A stretch of 64,000 nucleotides of DNA, taken from positions 1,456-65,455 of the forward strand of contig CAZTNS010000001.1 of the NCBI GenBank assembly GCA_964615585.1, given 5' to 3'. The translations under genes were made by a program, and so were the position numbers. Below, in pieces: positions 26,759-36,428 of this stretch. The DNA comes from an uncultured Bacteroidales bacterium. Lineage in GTDB: Bacteria > Bacteroidota > Bacteroidia > Bacteroidales > ML635J-15. Each line of letters opens with the position of its first letter. Position 1 is the first letter of the stretch. The notes under the pieces were generated by a model. It saw only the letters and a program-made list of their open reading frames with translations. It was not told the origin of the DNA and ran no database searches.

Positions 26759-27967
26759 CTAGTAAATAATCAATTTCCTGGTTTCTGAATCTTGTTCATC
26801 AAAAAAACGGATAAAATACATGCCCGTTTTGAGGCCGGATATGGTCAAATTACCATCCCTGATATCATGGGTTTGAATTAATTTCCCTAAAGCTGAATAA
26901 ATGGCACATTGCTGGTATGTATCAGATTCAATATGCACTTTACCAGTGGATGGATTGGGAAATACTGCAAACTCATTATGTATATGAAGGCCTGATTTTA
27001 AAGCACCTATGCTGACATCGGTATAAAAAAGAGCATTGCCGGCTAAAGAACTGTAACCGTCTGTAACCAGGATATATTGTCCGGGTTGTAAATCTGCAGA
27101 AAAGCTGAAATCAATGCTGTCGGTGGCACACCCCATGTATGAACCGGAATTGTTTGGGGGATCACTGGTTGGGCTTCCGCCAATGCCGGTACAATCTACA
27201 CCGTTCCATGCATAAACAGCTACCTGCACAAAAAAATCAGATGGGGGAGACCCTTCATGACCAAACATATTCACGTTTGTGAAATTAATGGTGTATGGTT
27301 GCTCATCGTCGTTGTCAACGGTAAAATGATAGAAAACTTCATTGTCAGAAATTGTCCAGTTACATTCCTCCGGAGCAGGTAAACTATCGGGTTTTCCTAA
27401 AATATTACATATTCCATCGTATAAAGGTACTGCTCCCATGCATGTATCTTCCTGCAATGACATTCGTTCACTTACAGCCAGAAATAATTTTTGGTCCATA
27501 TCGTTTTGGTCCCATACGCGCAAATACAAAGTGTCACCTGGTGTAATTCCGTTGATTTGTTCCCAGCGTATTTCCATGTTTACAAACTGCCCCAGTGAAT
27601 CTGATTCAAAACAGGAAAGCAATTCCAATTCATCACACGAAAAGCCGGAATAAACGGCAAGTGCAGGTTCTGAAACGTCCGGAACAGGAACATTGTCAGA
27701 ATTAAACACATGAAAACTAAGCCCGGTTACACTGGCGGGCACGATCAATTTGTACCACAGGTCTTTTGCCCCCTGGGTGTTTTCCATACACGGCGGGACG
27801 TTATAATCTGAAGCTGTTGCGTTTGCTAAATCAAAATCATGAAGTACCATTGTACCACATGTCCCGTAATCTTGAAAATCAAGAAATGGTGCTGTGTCAC
27901 ATGTGTTTTGTGCAAGGGATGCAAGCGACAGGCTAAATAAAGAAATAAAAAGTATGAGTTTTTTCAT
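26759..27967 (-). CDS. T9SS cargo protein of unknown function (signal peptide, two Cys-containing modules, type-A CTD)
   Basis: Signal peptide MKKLILFISLFSLSLASLAQ. C-terminus FAVFPNPSTGKVHIE...LKTGMYFIRFFDEQDSETRKLIIY. Confidence 0.8.
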   Translation of the reverse strand: MKKLILFISLFSLSLASLAQNTCDTAPFLDFQDYGTCGTMVLHDFDLANATASDYNVPPCMENTQGAKDLWYKLIVPASVTGLSFHVFNSDNVPVPDVSEPALAVYSGFSCDELELLSCFESDSLGQFVNMEIRWEQINGITPGDTLYLRVWDQNDMDQKLFLAVSERMSLQEDTCMGAVPLYDGICNILGKPDSLPAPEECNWTISDNEVFYHFTVDNDDEQPYTINFTNVNMFGHEGSPPSDFFVQVAVYAWNGVDCTGIGGSPTSDPPNNSGSYMGCATDSIDFSFSADLQPGQYILVTDGYSSLAGNALFYTDVSIGALKSGLHIHNEFAVFPNPSTGKVHIESDTYQQCAIYSALGKLIQTHDIRDGNLTISGLKTGMYFIRFFDEQDSETRKLIIY

Positions 27968-28051
27968 AATACGAAGGTGTTAATTATATTTATTTGTCGA
28001 ATGTAACACATTTTTTGATGTATTTCAAAATAAATTTTAGTGTAAAGTTCT

Positions 28052-28162
28052 TTTGCGTTTCTTTGTGACCTTGCCCCGCGACAGGCTGGTTTGCGTTTCT
28101 TTGCGCTACAAGAATTAAAAGTACCGCAGAGCTACGCAAAGTAGTCGATAAGTTTCGCAAAG
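28052..28162. repeat. Two direct plus two inverted copies of a GCGTTTCTTTG / CGCAAAG motif
   Basis: tttgcgtttctttg is perfect at 28052-28065 and 28090-28103. cgcaaag occurs at 28135-28141 and 28156-28162. ctttgcgctac / gtaccgcagag can form a hairpin. Confidence 0.9.
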
Positions 28163-28216
28163 CAGATATTTATATTGTTATATATATATAATTTGCAACA
28201 ATGAATTTATATCAGT

Positions 28217-30661
28217 TCATATCCTGAACCCCACCACCGTAATACCGTCCCCGCCGAAACGGATGTCTTCATCGCCGAAATATTCAACGGATTGGCAGCT
28301 TGATAAGTGGTCGCGTATTGCCTGCCTGAGAATGCCACCGCCTTTGCCGTGCAGTATTTTTACTTCTTTAATTCCCAATACCTCAGCGTCATCGATAAAC
28401 GCCACAAGTTTACTCAACGCTTCATCCACGCGCATCCCACGCAAATCAATGTTGGATTGAAAGTTCATGATGTTATTCATGTATTGGCTGCCGGCAGTTT
28501 TATGTTGTTTTTTCTCGGACAGGATTTGTTCTTCGGATTTTACAAGCTTGTTTTTGTCAATGGTGCTGATGAGGTTCCCGATGTTGACCACATAGTTCTT
28601 GTCGCCGATATCCATCACTTCACCATATTTATCAAGATGTTTAATGTAAACTTTGTTTCCAATCCTGATTTCCTTATCTGCCAGATTGGGAGGTTGTTGT
28701 TTCTTTTGTTTGGGTTGTTGACTTATGCTGTTTTTGAAATTGCGTATTTCTGCCGGTTTTTTTGGGGTAATGTCCTGATGTGAGATCTTCTTTTCTTTGT
28801 CCTTTAATTGTTGACGTGCTGCCCTGGTTTTCTCTTTTTCAGCATTGGCCTGTTTGATTTTCCGTATCGTGTTTTCAATTTCTTTGTTTGCCGATTGGAT
28901 GATGTTTTCCGCTTCGGCTTTTGCTTTGTCAAGTATCTTTTTCTCTTGTCGTACAAATCCCTGGTAAGCAACGGAGTGCCTGTTTATTTCTGCATCCAGT
29001 TGTTTTTGTTTTTGGTCGATTTCTTTTCGTTTGTTTTCCCAGTATTTTTTGTCTTTAATGACTTTTTTGAGGTGCTTGTCGAAGTTGAATTTTTCGCTGC
29101 CTGTTTTTGTGCGTGCCAGTTGGATGATGTCGTTGGGAATGCCGCTTTGTTTTGCAATATCAAAGCTGTATGATGACCCCGGGATGCCGGTTTGTAATGT
29201 GTACAGGGGTGTCATTGTTTCATTGTCTATCAACATGGCAGCGTTTTCAAGTCCGGGGTAATTGCTGGCAAAGTGTTTCAGGTTGCCGTAGTGTGTGGTA
29301 ATGATGCCGATACAGCGTTTGTCTGCAAAGTGCTGGAGCATCGCTTCGGCAATGGCAGCGCCCATGTCGGGTTCTGTGCCGCCGCCAAATTCATCAATCA
29401 GGATCATGCTGTTGTTTCCGGCATGGTCAAGCATGAATTTCATGTTTTGCAGGTGGGAGCTGTAGGTACTCAGATCGTTTTCCAGGTTTTGGTCATCGCC
29501 GAGGTCAAGAAAAATATCGTCGAGGATTTTTATTTCCGAATTTCCACCTAGCGGGGCCTGCATGCCACACTGCAACATGTATTGTATTAGTCCTGCTGCC
29601 TGCAGGCACACGGTTTTGCCCCCGGCATTGGGGCCGGATATGACAAAAATGGATTGTTTCTCATTGAATTCAATATCAAAGGGAACGACTTCTTTGTCTC
29701 GCTCCATGTAGTTCAATACCAGCACCGGATGCCTGGCTTTGTGGTATTTCGTGTTTCCGTCTCTATTGATGGCGGGTTTTATTGCCTCAAGTTGCATTGC
29801 AAGTTTTGATTTGCTGCGATGAAAATCCATCCTGACAAGGACATCTGACGCAGCTTCAATATCTGGTTTGTAATCCCTTATGATGTCAGTTAATTCTGCA
29901 AGGATGCGTTGTTTCTCTTTGAGGATATCGTGTTCCAGGTTTTTTAACTGGTAATGATATTGCGTGATGCGTTCCGGCTCAATATATACGGTTTTGCCGG
30001 ATGCCGATTCACCAACAATGATGCCGTGCAAATTGCGTTTGTGTGTGGCGTTAACAGGAATGGCCATGTAACCGTCAATTACCGCAACTGACGTGTCTGT
30101 ATCTGTCCAGCCTTTGGCTGTCACCTGTTGCAAAATTTTGTCCAGCTCGCGTGAGATTTGAGTTTCAATGTCTTTTTGCTTGCTGACAGCAGCTTGTAAT
30201 TCTTTGCTGGCGGATGATTTGATTTTTCCCTTGCTTGTAAATATCCGGCGTATTTCATCTTTGACGTAATGGGGAAAATTTAAACTTTCCAGCTCATCCC
30301 TGATGACCGGAAAATTCTCTTTGTTGAGTTTAGAGTTATACCTGAGGCAGGCATTCAGCACAAAAAGTACTTTATAAATGGCATCAAATTCGGATTCGCT
30401 CAGTACCGACTCCGGGTTATCCATTCGTGTCAGGGACGGGTTGATGTCAGGAAATCCGGTGAGGGGAAAGTTATCGTAAAACAAAAGTATTTGCTTGTAT
30501 TCTTCGGTGTAATCAAGCGTTTTGTTGATGTTCCCGGCATCTGTCATAAAGTGCATGTCATCCACAAGCCTTTTTGTGGCATCACTTTGGCACGCCCCTT
30601 TCAGCTTGTTTCTCAGCTTGTCAAAACCAATTTTTTCTTCAAAAATTTCCGGATAAATCAT
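28217..30661 (-). CDS. mutS2: Endonuclease MutS2 (MutS domain plus C-terminal Smr)
   Basis: GPNAGGKT, DEFGGGTEP, C-terminal Smr (DLRGMRVDEA...ILHGKGGGILR). Start reset to MIYPEIFEEKIGF (ATG 30661), removing an extension that overlapped ychF. Confidence 0.92.
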   Translation of the reverse strand: MIYPEIFEEKIGFDKLRNKLKGACQSDATKRLVDDMHFMTDAGNINKTLDYTEEYKQILLFYDNFPLTGFPDINPSLTRMDNPESVLSESEFDAIYKVLFVLNACLRYNSKLNKENFPVIRDELESLNFPHYVKDEIRRIFTSKGKIKSSASKELQAAVSKQKDIETQISRELDKILQQVTAKGWTDTDTSVAVIDGYMAIPVNATHKRNLHGIIVGESASGKTVYIEPERITQYHYQLKNLEHDILKEKQRILAELTDIIRDYKPDIEAASDVLVRMDFHRSKSKLAMQLEAIKPAINRDGNTKYHKARHPVLVLNYMERDKEVVPFDIEFNEKQSIFVISGPNAGGKTVCLQAAGLIQYMLQCGMQAPLGGNSEIKILDDIFLDLGDDQNLENDLSTYSSHLQNMKFMLDHAGNNSMILIDEFGGGTEPDMGAAIAEAMLQHFADKRCIGIITTHYGNLKHFASNYPGLENAAMLIDNETMTPLYTLQTGIPGSSYSFDIAKQSGIPNDIIQLARTKTGSEKFNFDKHLKKVIKDKKYWENKRKEIDQKQKQLDAEINRHSVAYQGFVRQEKKILDKAKAEAENIIQSANKEIENTIRKIKQANAEKEKTRAARQQLKDKEKKISHQDITPKKPAEIRNFKNSISQQPKQKKQQPPNLADKEIRIGNKVYIKHLDKYGEVMDIGDKNYVVNIGNLISTIDKNKLVKSEEQILSEKKQHKTAGSQYMNNIMNFQSNIDLRGMRVDEALSKLVAFIDDAEVLGIKEVKILHGKGGGILRQAIRDHLSSCQSVEYFGDEDIRFGGDGITVVGFRI

Positions 30662-30798
30662 ACTGCAAAAATACAAAAAATCACCGTTTTGTTCATATAA
30701 TGACCCTAGTTTTTTAGCACAAATTCCAAATGCCAACTTTTTAATGGTGAGCCTGAATGTAGAAATTTGATTTCTCCACATTCTGTCATAAAATTTTA

Positions 30799-30806
30799 TA
30801 CTTTTG
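30799..30806 (+). promoter_or_regulatory. TAnnTTTG -7 box upstream of ychF
   Basis: TACTTTTG, 22 nt upstream of ATG 30828. Confidence 0.4.
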
Positions 30807-30827
30807 CATGTCATAAAGAAAAAATTT

Positions 30828-31925
30828 ATGGGACTGAATTGTGGAATCATCGGACTGGCAAATTGTGGAAAAACCACCTTTTTTAATTGTATGTCAAATA
30901 CCAAAGCAGAGGCAACAAGTTATGCTTTTGCCACTAATAAATCCAACATAGCGATGATCAATGTGCCTGATCCGCGTTTATCTGAGTTGACGAAATTGCA
31001 GCCAACGAAAAAGGTAGTTCCGGCTACGGTTGAAGTTGTGGATGTCCCCGGACTTACCAAAGGTTCAAGCAGAGGGCAGGGGGTAGGCAATGCATTTCTC
31101 AATGACATCAAAAGCAGCGATGCGCTCATTCATGTATTGCGTTGTTTTGATGATGAAAATCTGTCTCATGTTGATGGTGCTGTTGATCCTGTCAGGGATT
31201 GGGAAACCGTGAATTTCGAGTTACAGGTAAAAGACCTGGAGACTGTGGAACGCAAGATGGACAGACTGGAAAAACTGGTAAAAACCGGAGATAAAGATGC
31301 AAAAAAAGACCTTGAAACCCTGCGTGTTTATCATCAACACCTGGATGACTTGTTACCTGCTCGCACTGCTCCGGTTAAGGATGAAGAGTCTCATGTGATT
31401 GATGATCTGTTTTTGTACTCCGCAAAACCTGTGATGGTAGTATGCAATGTGGATGATAACCATGTCACAGAAGACAATAATTATGTTATGCACGTGCGGC
31501 AAGCATTAAAAGATGAAAACATCAAAATTCTCCGCATAGCTGCCGGTATTGAATCTGAAATTGCAGAATTGGATGATGAAAATGAACGCAGAGAGTTTCT
31601 TGATGACTACGGCCTGGCAGAGCCCAGTGTAGATGTTTTGATAAGAGAGGCTTATGATATGCTTAACCTGCAGTCGTTTTTTACCATTGGTGAAGAAGAG
31701 AACAGGGCATGGACCATTCGCAAAGGTATGACTGCTTCTGAAGCAGCCGGAGTTATACATTCTGACCTGCAAAAGGGATTTATACGTGCTGAGGTGATGA
31801 AATACAAAGATTTTGTCAGCCTCAGAAGCGAACAGGCCGTTAAAGAAGCCGGAAAATTTTTTATTGAAGGGAAAAATTACGTGGTACAGGACGGTGATAT
31901 TTTGCATGTTCGTTTCAATGTCTGA
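30828..31925 (+). CDS. ychF: Redox-regulated ATPase YchF
   Basis: MGLNCGIIGLANCGKTTFFN, DVPGL, C-terminal TGS-like ..DGDILHVRFNV. Confidence 0.95.
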   Translation: MGLNCGIIGLANCGKTTFFNCMSNTKAEATSYAFATNKSNIAMINVPDPRLSELTKLQPTKKVVPATVEVVDVPGLTKGSSRGQGVGNAFLNDIKSSDALIHVLRCFDDENLSHVDGAVDPVRDWETVNFELQVKDLETVERKMDRLEKLVKTGDKDAKKDLETLRVYHQHLDDLLPARTAPVKDEESHVIDDLFLYSAKPVMVVCNVDDNHVTEDNNYVMHVRQALKDENIKILRIAAGIESEIAELDDENERREFLDDYGLAEPSVDVLIREAYDMLNLQSFFTIGEEENRAWTIRKGMTASEAAGVIHSDLQKGFIRAEVMKYKDFVSLRSEQAVKEAGKFFIEGKNYVVQDGDILHVRFNV

Positions 31926-32029
31926 TGGTTTTTTATGAAAAACTTATCGCATGCTCATGTCTATAATTTGAATGCCCCTTTTTTTTAGTATTTTGTTTGT
32001 CATGTAAGTAAAATCAAAAATCCATTTTT

Positions 32030-32440
32030 ATGAGAATAACGTCCGAATGGCAGGAAGGATTCAAATCGGTGATTAACAACGGCCGTAACCACAGAGTTAC
32101 CGTTGATTTACCGTACCTGCAACATGGTAAAGATGAAGGGCCATCATCACTGGAACTGGCTGTGATGGGATATGCAGGTTGTGTTACCACCGTTTATAAA
32201 ATGATGGCAGAAAAATTAAAAGTAGAGGTTTTCGCTATGCGTTGTGTCATCAACACAGAGTATAATGGCAAAACAATAGGGAAAGCAGAGATACTGTTGG
32301 AATTGATTTCTGATCATCCGGCAGAACTATTGAAAAAAGCATATAAACTTACACAGAACAATTGCCCGGTTGGCATTTTATTCAAAAATTCAGGTGTGGA
32401 TATCACGTATAATATCAGTATTCAAAGAAAAACTCAATAG
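32030..32440 (+). CDS. OsmC family protein
   Basis: Size and paired-Cys layout (..GYAGCVT.. and ..NNCPVG..) typical of OsmC/Ohr. Confidence 0.75.
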   Translation: MRITSEWQEGFKSVINNGRNHRVTVDLPYLQHGKDEGPSSLELAVMGYAGCVTTVYKMMAEKLKVEVFAMRCVINTEYNGKTIGKAEILLELISDHPAELLKKAYKLTQNNCPVGILFKNSGVDITYNISIQRKTQ

Positions 32441-32441
32441 T

Positions 32442-34088
32442 TTATTTTCCTGGACAGTTTTTTATCACTTCAGGTGAAATGTTGTTTTTTCCGTAGGCTT
32501 CATCGAAAGCCTGGCTGAATTCCTGTGCCAGATATTTGGCAGCCATGTGATAGTCATCTTTGTCTTTCCATGTGTTAACAGGGTTCAGTATCACGGTGGG
32601 AACGCCGGGTACTGATTGGGGTACGTTAAGATGAAACAGTTCATCAGTTTTATATTCTACACTTTCCAGTTTGCTGCTGAGGGCAGCTTCTACCATTTTT
32701 CGTGTCAGGTTCAGGTCAATACGCTTTCCAATGCCATATTTTCCACCTGTCCAGCCTGTGTTTATTAAGAATACATTGGTATTGAATTTTTCCATTTTTC
32801 TTCCCAGCATCTGTGCATAAACTGATGGGAGTCCAGGCATAAAGGGTTGCCCGAAAAACCTGCTGAAAGTGGCTACAGGTTTAGTAATTCCGGTTTCCGT
32901 TCCTGCCAGTTTTGATGTATATCCCATCAAAAACCACAACATGGCCTGGTGTTTGTCAAGCTTGGAGACAGGGGGCAATACCCCGTATGCATCAGCTGTA
33001 AGAAACAGAATCGTGGAAGGATGGTCAGCTGTGCTTGATTTTTCTATGTTGGGAAGAAATGTCAGCGGATAGGAGGCACGTGAATTTGGAGTGAGTCTGT
33101 CATCATTGAAATTAAAACTCCCATCAGGGTATATCATGGCATTTTCTACAATCGCACCGTGATTAATGTAATCATCCTCGTGCAGTACTGCATCGTAAAT
33201 ATCAGGTTCCTTATTGGGATCAATGTCAATCATTTTGGCATAACATCCATTCTCAAAGTTGGCAATGCCATTATCAGACCAGCCGTGTTCATCATCTCCG
33301 AGCAATGCCCTTTTTGGGTCCGCTGAAAGTGTGGTTTTACCTGTGCCGGACAAGCCAAGAATGAGAGCGGATTTTCCGTCTTTGCCAACATTGGCGCTGC
33401 AGTGTAAAGGAAGCACTTTTTCAAATGGCAGGTAATAATTCATGATGGTAAACATGAGTTTTTTAACACTGCCCAGATAAGCTGAACCAATAATAATACC
33501 CATCCTGCGGTCAAAATCCATTGCTACGATCATGTTTGTTGTTCGTCCTTCTTTTGTTTGCCGCAGTTTCCATTCGTATCTTTTTCTGTCAAGCTTGTGA
33601 TATGGCAGGCTGATTAGCGTGAATTCTTTATCATGAAAACATGATTTTCTGAGGTTTTTGGGAACAGGCCTGAACATATTATCCGAAAACAAAGCTGTAA
33701 GTGCATGGTCTGTAACGGTTTTTACAGGCAAAGCAAAATCTTCTGATGCACCAATTACCCTGTCAGTGATGTAAAGGCTTTTACTTTTGTTAATGATCTT
33801 TTCTGCATCATCAAATACCATGTCGAACAAGCCTTCAGTCATTGGCAGGTTGTTGGGCGAATTCCAGTCTATGTGGATTTGAGAGACAGGTCTTTTTACG
33901 ATAAGCGTATCTTTGGGGCTTCTTCCGGTAGATTCTGGTGGTGTCCAGGTAGCCAGGCAACCATTTTGGGCTATTAAACATTCTTTGTTGCTTACACTTG
34001 CTTTGATAATATCCTCACGTGATATGTTGTCATAAATACCCGGATGTTTTTCAAGTGTTTCTGTTAACCTATTGTATAATTTCTTCAT
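32442..34088 (-). CDS. pckA: Phosphoenolpyruvate carboxykinase (ATP)
   Basis: GLSGTGKTTLS kinase-1a, DDEHGW, and 548 aa overall. Confidence 0.95.
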   Translation of the reverse strand: MKKLYNRLTETLEKHPGIYDNISREDIIKASVSNKECLIAQNGCLATWTPPESTGRSPKDTLIVKRPVSQIHIDWNSPNNLPMTEGLFDMVFDDAEKIINKSKSLYITDRVIGASEDFALPVKTVTDHALTALFSDNMFRPVPKNLRKSCFHDKEFTLISLPYHKLDRKRYEWKLRQTKEGRTTNMIVAMDFDRRMGIIIGSAYLGSVKKLMFTIMNYYLPFEKVLPLHCSANVGKDGKSALILGLSGTGKTTLSADPKRALLGDDEHGWSDNGIANFENGCYAKMIDIDPNKEPDIYDAVLHEDDYINHGAIVENAMIYPDGSFNFNDDRLTPNSRASYPLTFLPNIEKSSTADHPSTILFLTADAYGVLPPVSKLDKHQAMLWFLMGYTSKLAGTETGITKPVATFSRFFGQPFMPGLPSVYAQMLGRKMEKFNTNVFLINTGWTGGKYGIGKRIDLNLTRKMVEAALSSKLESVEYKTDELFHLNVPQSVPGVPTVILNPVNTWKDKDDYHMAAKYLAQEFSQAFDEAYGKNNISPEVIKNCPGK

Positions 34089-34166
34089 GGGGCTGTTAAT
34101 TAGTGTTTGTCAATAAAGTAAGTGTCTGGTGCAGAAATTTTGTGCAAACGAGGGCAGAGTCCAGCC

Positions 34167-34246
34167 GATGTCCTGCGATGTACTGAGCGCAGTCGAAGGG
34201 TTGTTTGAGCTATGTCGAGAGCGATGTATTGAGCGATGTCGAGAGC
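34167..34246. repeat. Degenerate 12-bp minisatellite (about 7 units, consensus GATGTnnnGAGC)
   Basis: Units: gatgtcctgc, gatgtactgagc, gcagtcgaaggg, ttgtttgagc, tatgtcgagagc, gatgtattgagc, gatgtcgagagc. Lies 79-158 nt upstream of the pckA start. Confidence 0.85.
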
Positions 34247-34482
34247 AGCCAAAATTATAATGTTCGAGTTTAAGGCTTGCGATGTTTTGGAAATATAGGA
34301 GCTTACTGATGTAAATGATTGTTTTCAAAACAAGCATAACGCAAAAACCGGACATTCTGTACAGACACTATTTACATGTTTTTATCAAAAAACAAAAGTA
34401 AACAATAATAACATGAAAAAAACAGTTTTATAGCAGGTTTTACCCTCTGGTTTTATGACAAAATCCAGGTCTTTTTTTCTTA

Positions 34483-36243
34483 TTATTCTTTTTTGATTCT
34501 TACCAGCACATCATCCTTGTTAATGATATCGCCTTCTGTGAAATTGATTTCTTCAATGGTGCCGTTTGCAGGGCTGTCAATGCTGTGATAAGATGACCTT
34601 GATTCAATATAGCACAAACGTTGATCAGTCTTTACTTTATCACCAACTTTAATTTTTTCTGATTCCAACCCCAGGCTTAAGTCCAGATAAACTTTTCCAT
34701 AATATGGTGAGCTGACTTCTTCTGCATTATTGGAAGAACTTTTGGATTTACTTACTGATGCATTGGTCTTTATTTCCCTCTTTTTGTTCTTCAGGTCATG
34801 TAGTTCTTTGATGAATCGTTTTTTAGCTATGCCCTTTTTGTAGTCTCTGTATTGTCTGTCATGCATTGCGAGCTCAAAAAGTTCTTCATCATTTTCGCCG
34901 GTATCCCAACCGTTTTCCTCCATTTCTTTCCTGTATTTATCCAATTCATCGGGATAGTTGTCCTGTGGGACGCCGGTATAGAATTCCCTGCCTTGTTCTT
35001 CAGCGAGCTGTATGATTTCAGGGGCAAGTGGCCCTGGCAGTTTTCCGGCCTTTCCAAGCAGCATATCCCATGTGTTGTTATCAATGGTTTGAAAACGCTC
35101 TTTCCCCTGATACAGGCTCATGATATTCAGTAATGCCACATTTTTAACATACTGGCTAAATGGTGTTACAAGCGGTGGATAGCCCATTTTTGGCCATACA
35201 TAATTCACTTCATCAAACAATTTAACAAGCAATTGATCCAGGCTGATAGGGCTTTTCCCCTGTGCTTCCAACTGCGAATTGATACCGGCATGCACACCTT
35301 CAAGATCTGCCATCATGCTGCCCATCATGCCGCCTGGCAATCCGGGGGCGATCATCAAAGATGACATGTAGCGGTTTTTGGGATTTATCCAGTATCCCAA
35401 AAAATCATCAATAAATTCTTGTGACAGGGCGCGGGCTTCCATGTAGGCTTTCATGTTGATGTCTTTTACCAGAAACCCTGCATCTTTTAACATGTTTTGT
35501 ATGGTTATGATATCAGGATGAACCATACCCCATGACAACGGTTCCATAGCAGTATCCAGATAATCTGCACCAGCTTTTGCCACTTCCAGCATTGAGGCAA
35601 CAGAAAATCCGGGGCCTGAATGTCCATGGTATTGTACTATCAGATCAGGATATTTGCCTTTGATGGCTTTTACCAATTTACCTAAAAAGACAGGGCGTCC
35701 TATGCCCGCCATATCCTTTAAACATATTTCATCTGTCCCGTATTCCACAGCGTGGTCAACAACATTCATGTAGTAATCAACCGTATGGATTTTGGAATGT
35801 GTAATGCTCAATGTGGCCTGTGATATCATGCCTGCTTCTTTGGCATATTTGATTGATAACTCCAGGTTCCTATGATCATTCAAACCGCAAAATGAACGGG
35901 CTATATCAACTCCCTGAGCTTTTTTAACTTTAAACATCAGTCTGCGGACGTCTTTGGGAACAGGGTACATTCTTATTCCATTCAATGCTCTTTCTAACAT
36001 ATGTGTTTCGATGCCTGCTTCATTGAATGGTTTGACCCACTCCCTGACAGCTTTGTTCGGATTTTCCCCAAACAACAGGTTGACTTGTTCAAATGCACCG
36101 CCGTTTGATTCAATCCTGTCAAAACAACCTATATCTATAATGGCGGGGGCAATGCGTTTTAATTGATCTGCTGTGGGAACATATTTTCCCGATGATTGCC
36201 ACATATCCCTGTACAACAGGCTGAATTTAATTTCCTTTTTCAT
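34483..36243 (-). CDS. Oxaloacetate decarboxylase alpha / pyruvate-carboxylase-B-like carboxyltransferase with C-terminal biotinyl-like domain lacking the biotin lysine
   Basis: TIM-barrel CT motifs YRDMWQS, LKDMAG, YHGH. The C-terminal hybrid-motif domain has CYIESRSSYHSI where E-A-M-K-M is expected. Start set at the ATG of MKKEIKF. Confidence 0.8.
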   Translation of the reverse strand: MKKEIKFSLLYRDMWQSSGKYVPTADQLKRIAPAIIDIGCFDRIESNGGAFEQVNLLFGENPNKAVREWVKPFNEAGIETHMLERALNGIRMYPVPKDVRRLMFKVKKAQGVDIARSFCGLNDHRNLELSIKYAKEAGMISQATLSITHSKIHTVDYYMNVVDHAVEYGTDEICLKDMAGIGRPVFLGKLVKAIKGKYPDLIVQYHGHSGPGFSVASMLEVAKAGADYLDTAMEPLSWGMVHPDIITIQNMLKDAGFLVKDINMKAYMEARALSQEFIDDFLGYWINPKNRYMSSLMIAPGLPGGMMGSMMADLEGVHAGINSQLEAQGKSPISLDQLLVKLFDEVNYVWPKMGYPPLVTPFSQYVKNVALLNIMSLYQGKERFQTIDNNTWDMLLGKAGKLPGPLAPEIIQLAEEQGREFYTGVPQDNYPDELDKYRKEMEENGWDTGENDEELFELAMHDRQYRDYKKGIAKKRFIKELHDLKNKKREIKTNASVSKSKSSSNNAEEVSSPYYGKVYLDLSLGLESEKIKVGDKVKTDQRLCYIESRSSYHSIDSPANGTIEEINFTEGDIINKDDVLVRIKKE

Positions 36244-36379
36244 AATAATCACTTTTCTTTCTCTTCACGTTTCATCAGAAAATAATTTACCAAGGTAAAA
36301 ATAAGAAATGATAAATAAAAACAACAATTTTTTATTTTTTTTAGAAAACCATGTAATCAGTTGTGAAACAAAAAGATAA

Positions 36380-36415
36380 AAAACAAAAAGCCATCTGGTT
36401 TTCAGATGGCTTTTT
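36380..36415 (-). terminator. Rho-independent terminator of the choice-of-anchor-L cargo gene
   Basis: aaaagccatctg / cagatggctttt 12-bp stem, T-rich on both sides. Confidence 0.65.
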
Positions 36416-36428
36416 GGGGAATACCGGT

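Noticed and set aside
30662-30904. 81-codon N-terminal extension of the mutS2 ORF, overlapping the ychF start
   Set aside because: MutS2 homology begins at MIYPEIFEEKIGF. The extension has no homology features and would overlap the divergent ychF promoter and coding start.
34167-34246. Possible CRISPR array (also considered for 320-442 and 63659-63703)
   Set aside because: The units are 8-38 nt, head-to-tail or irregular, with no unique spacers of CRISPR size and no cas genes in the window.
34110-34355. 81-aa minus-strand ORF between pckA and the carboxyltransferase gene
   Set aside because: Its SRHRSIHRSRHSS core is the translated 12-bp minisatellite, and there is no other coding evidence.
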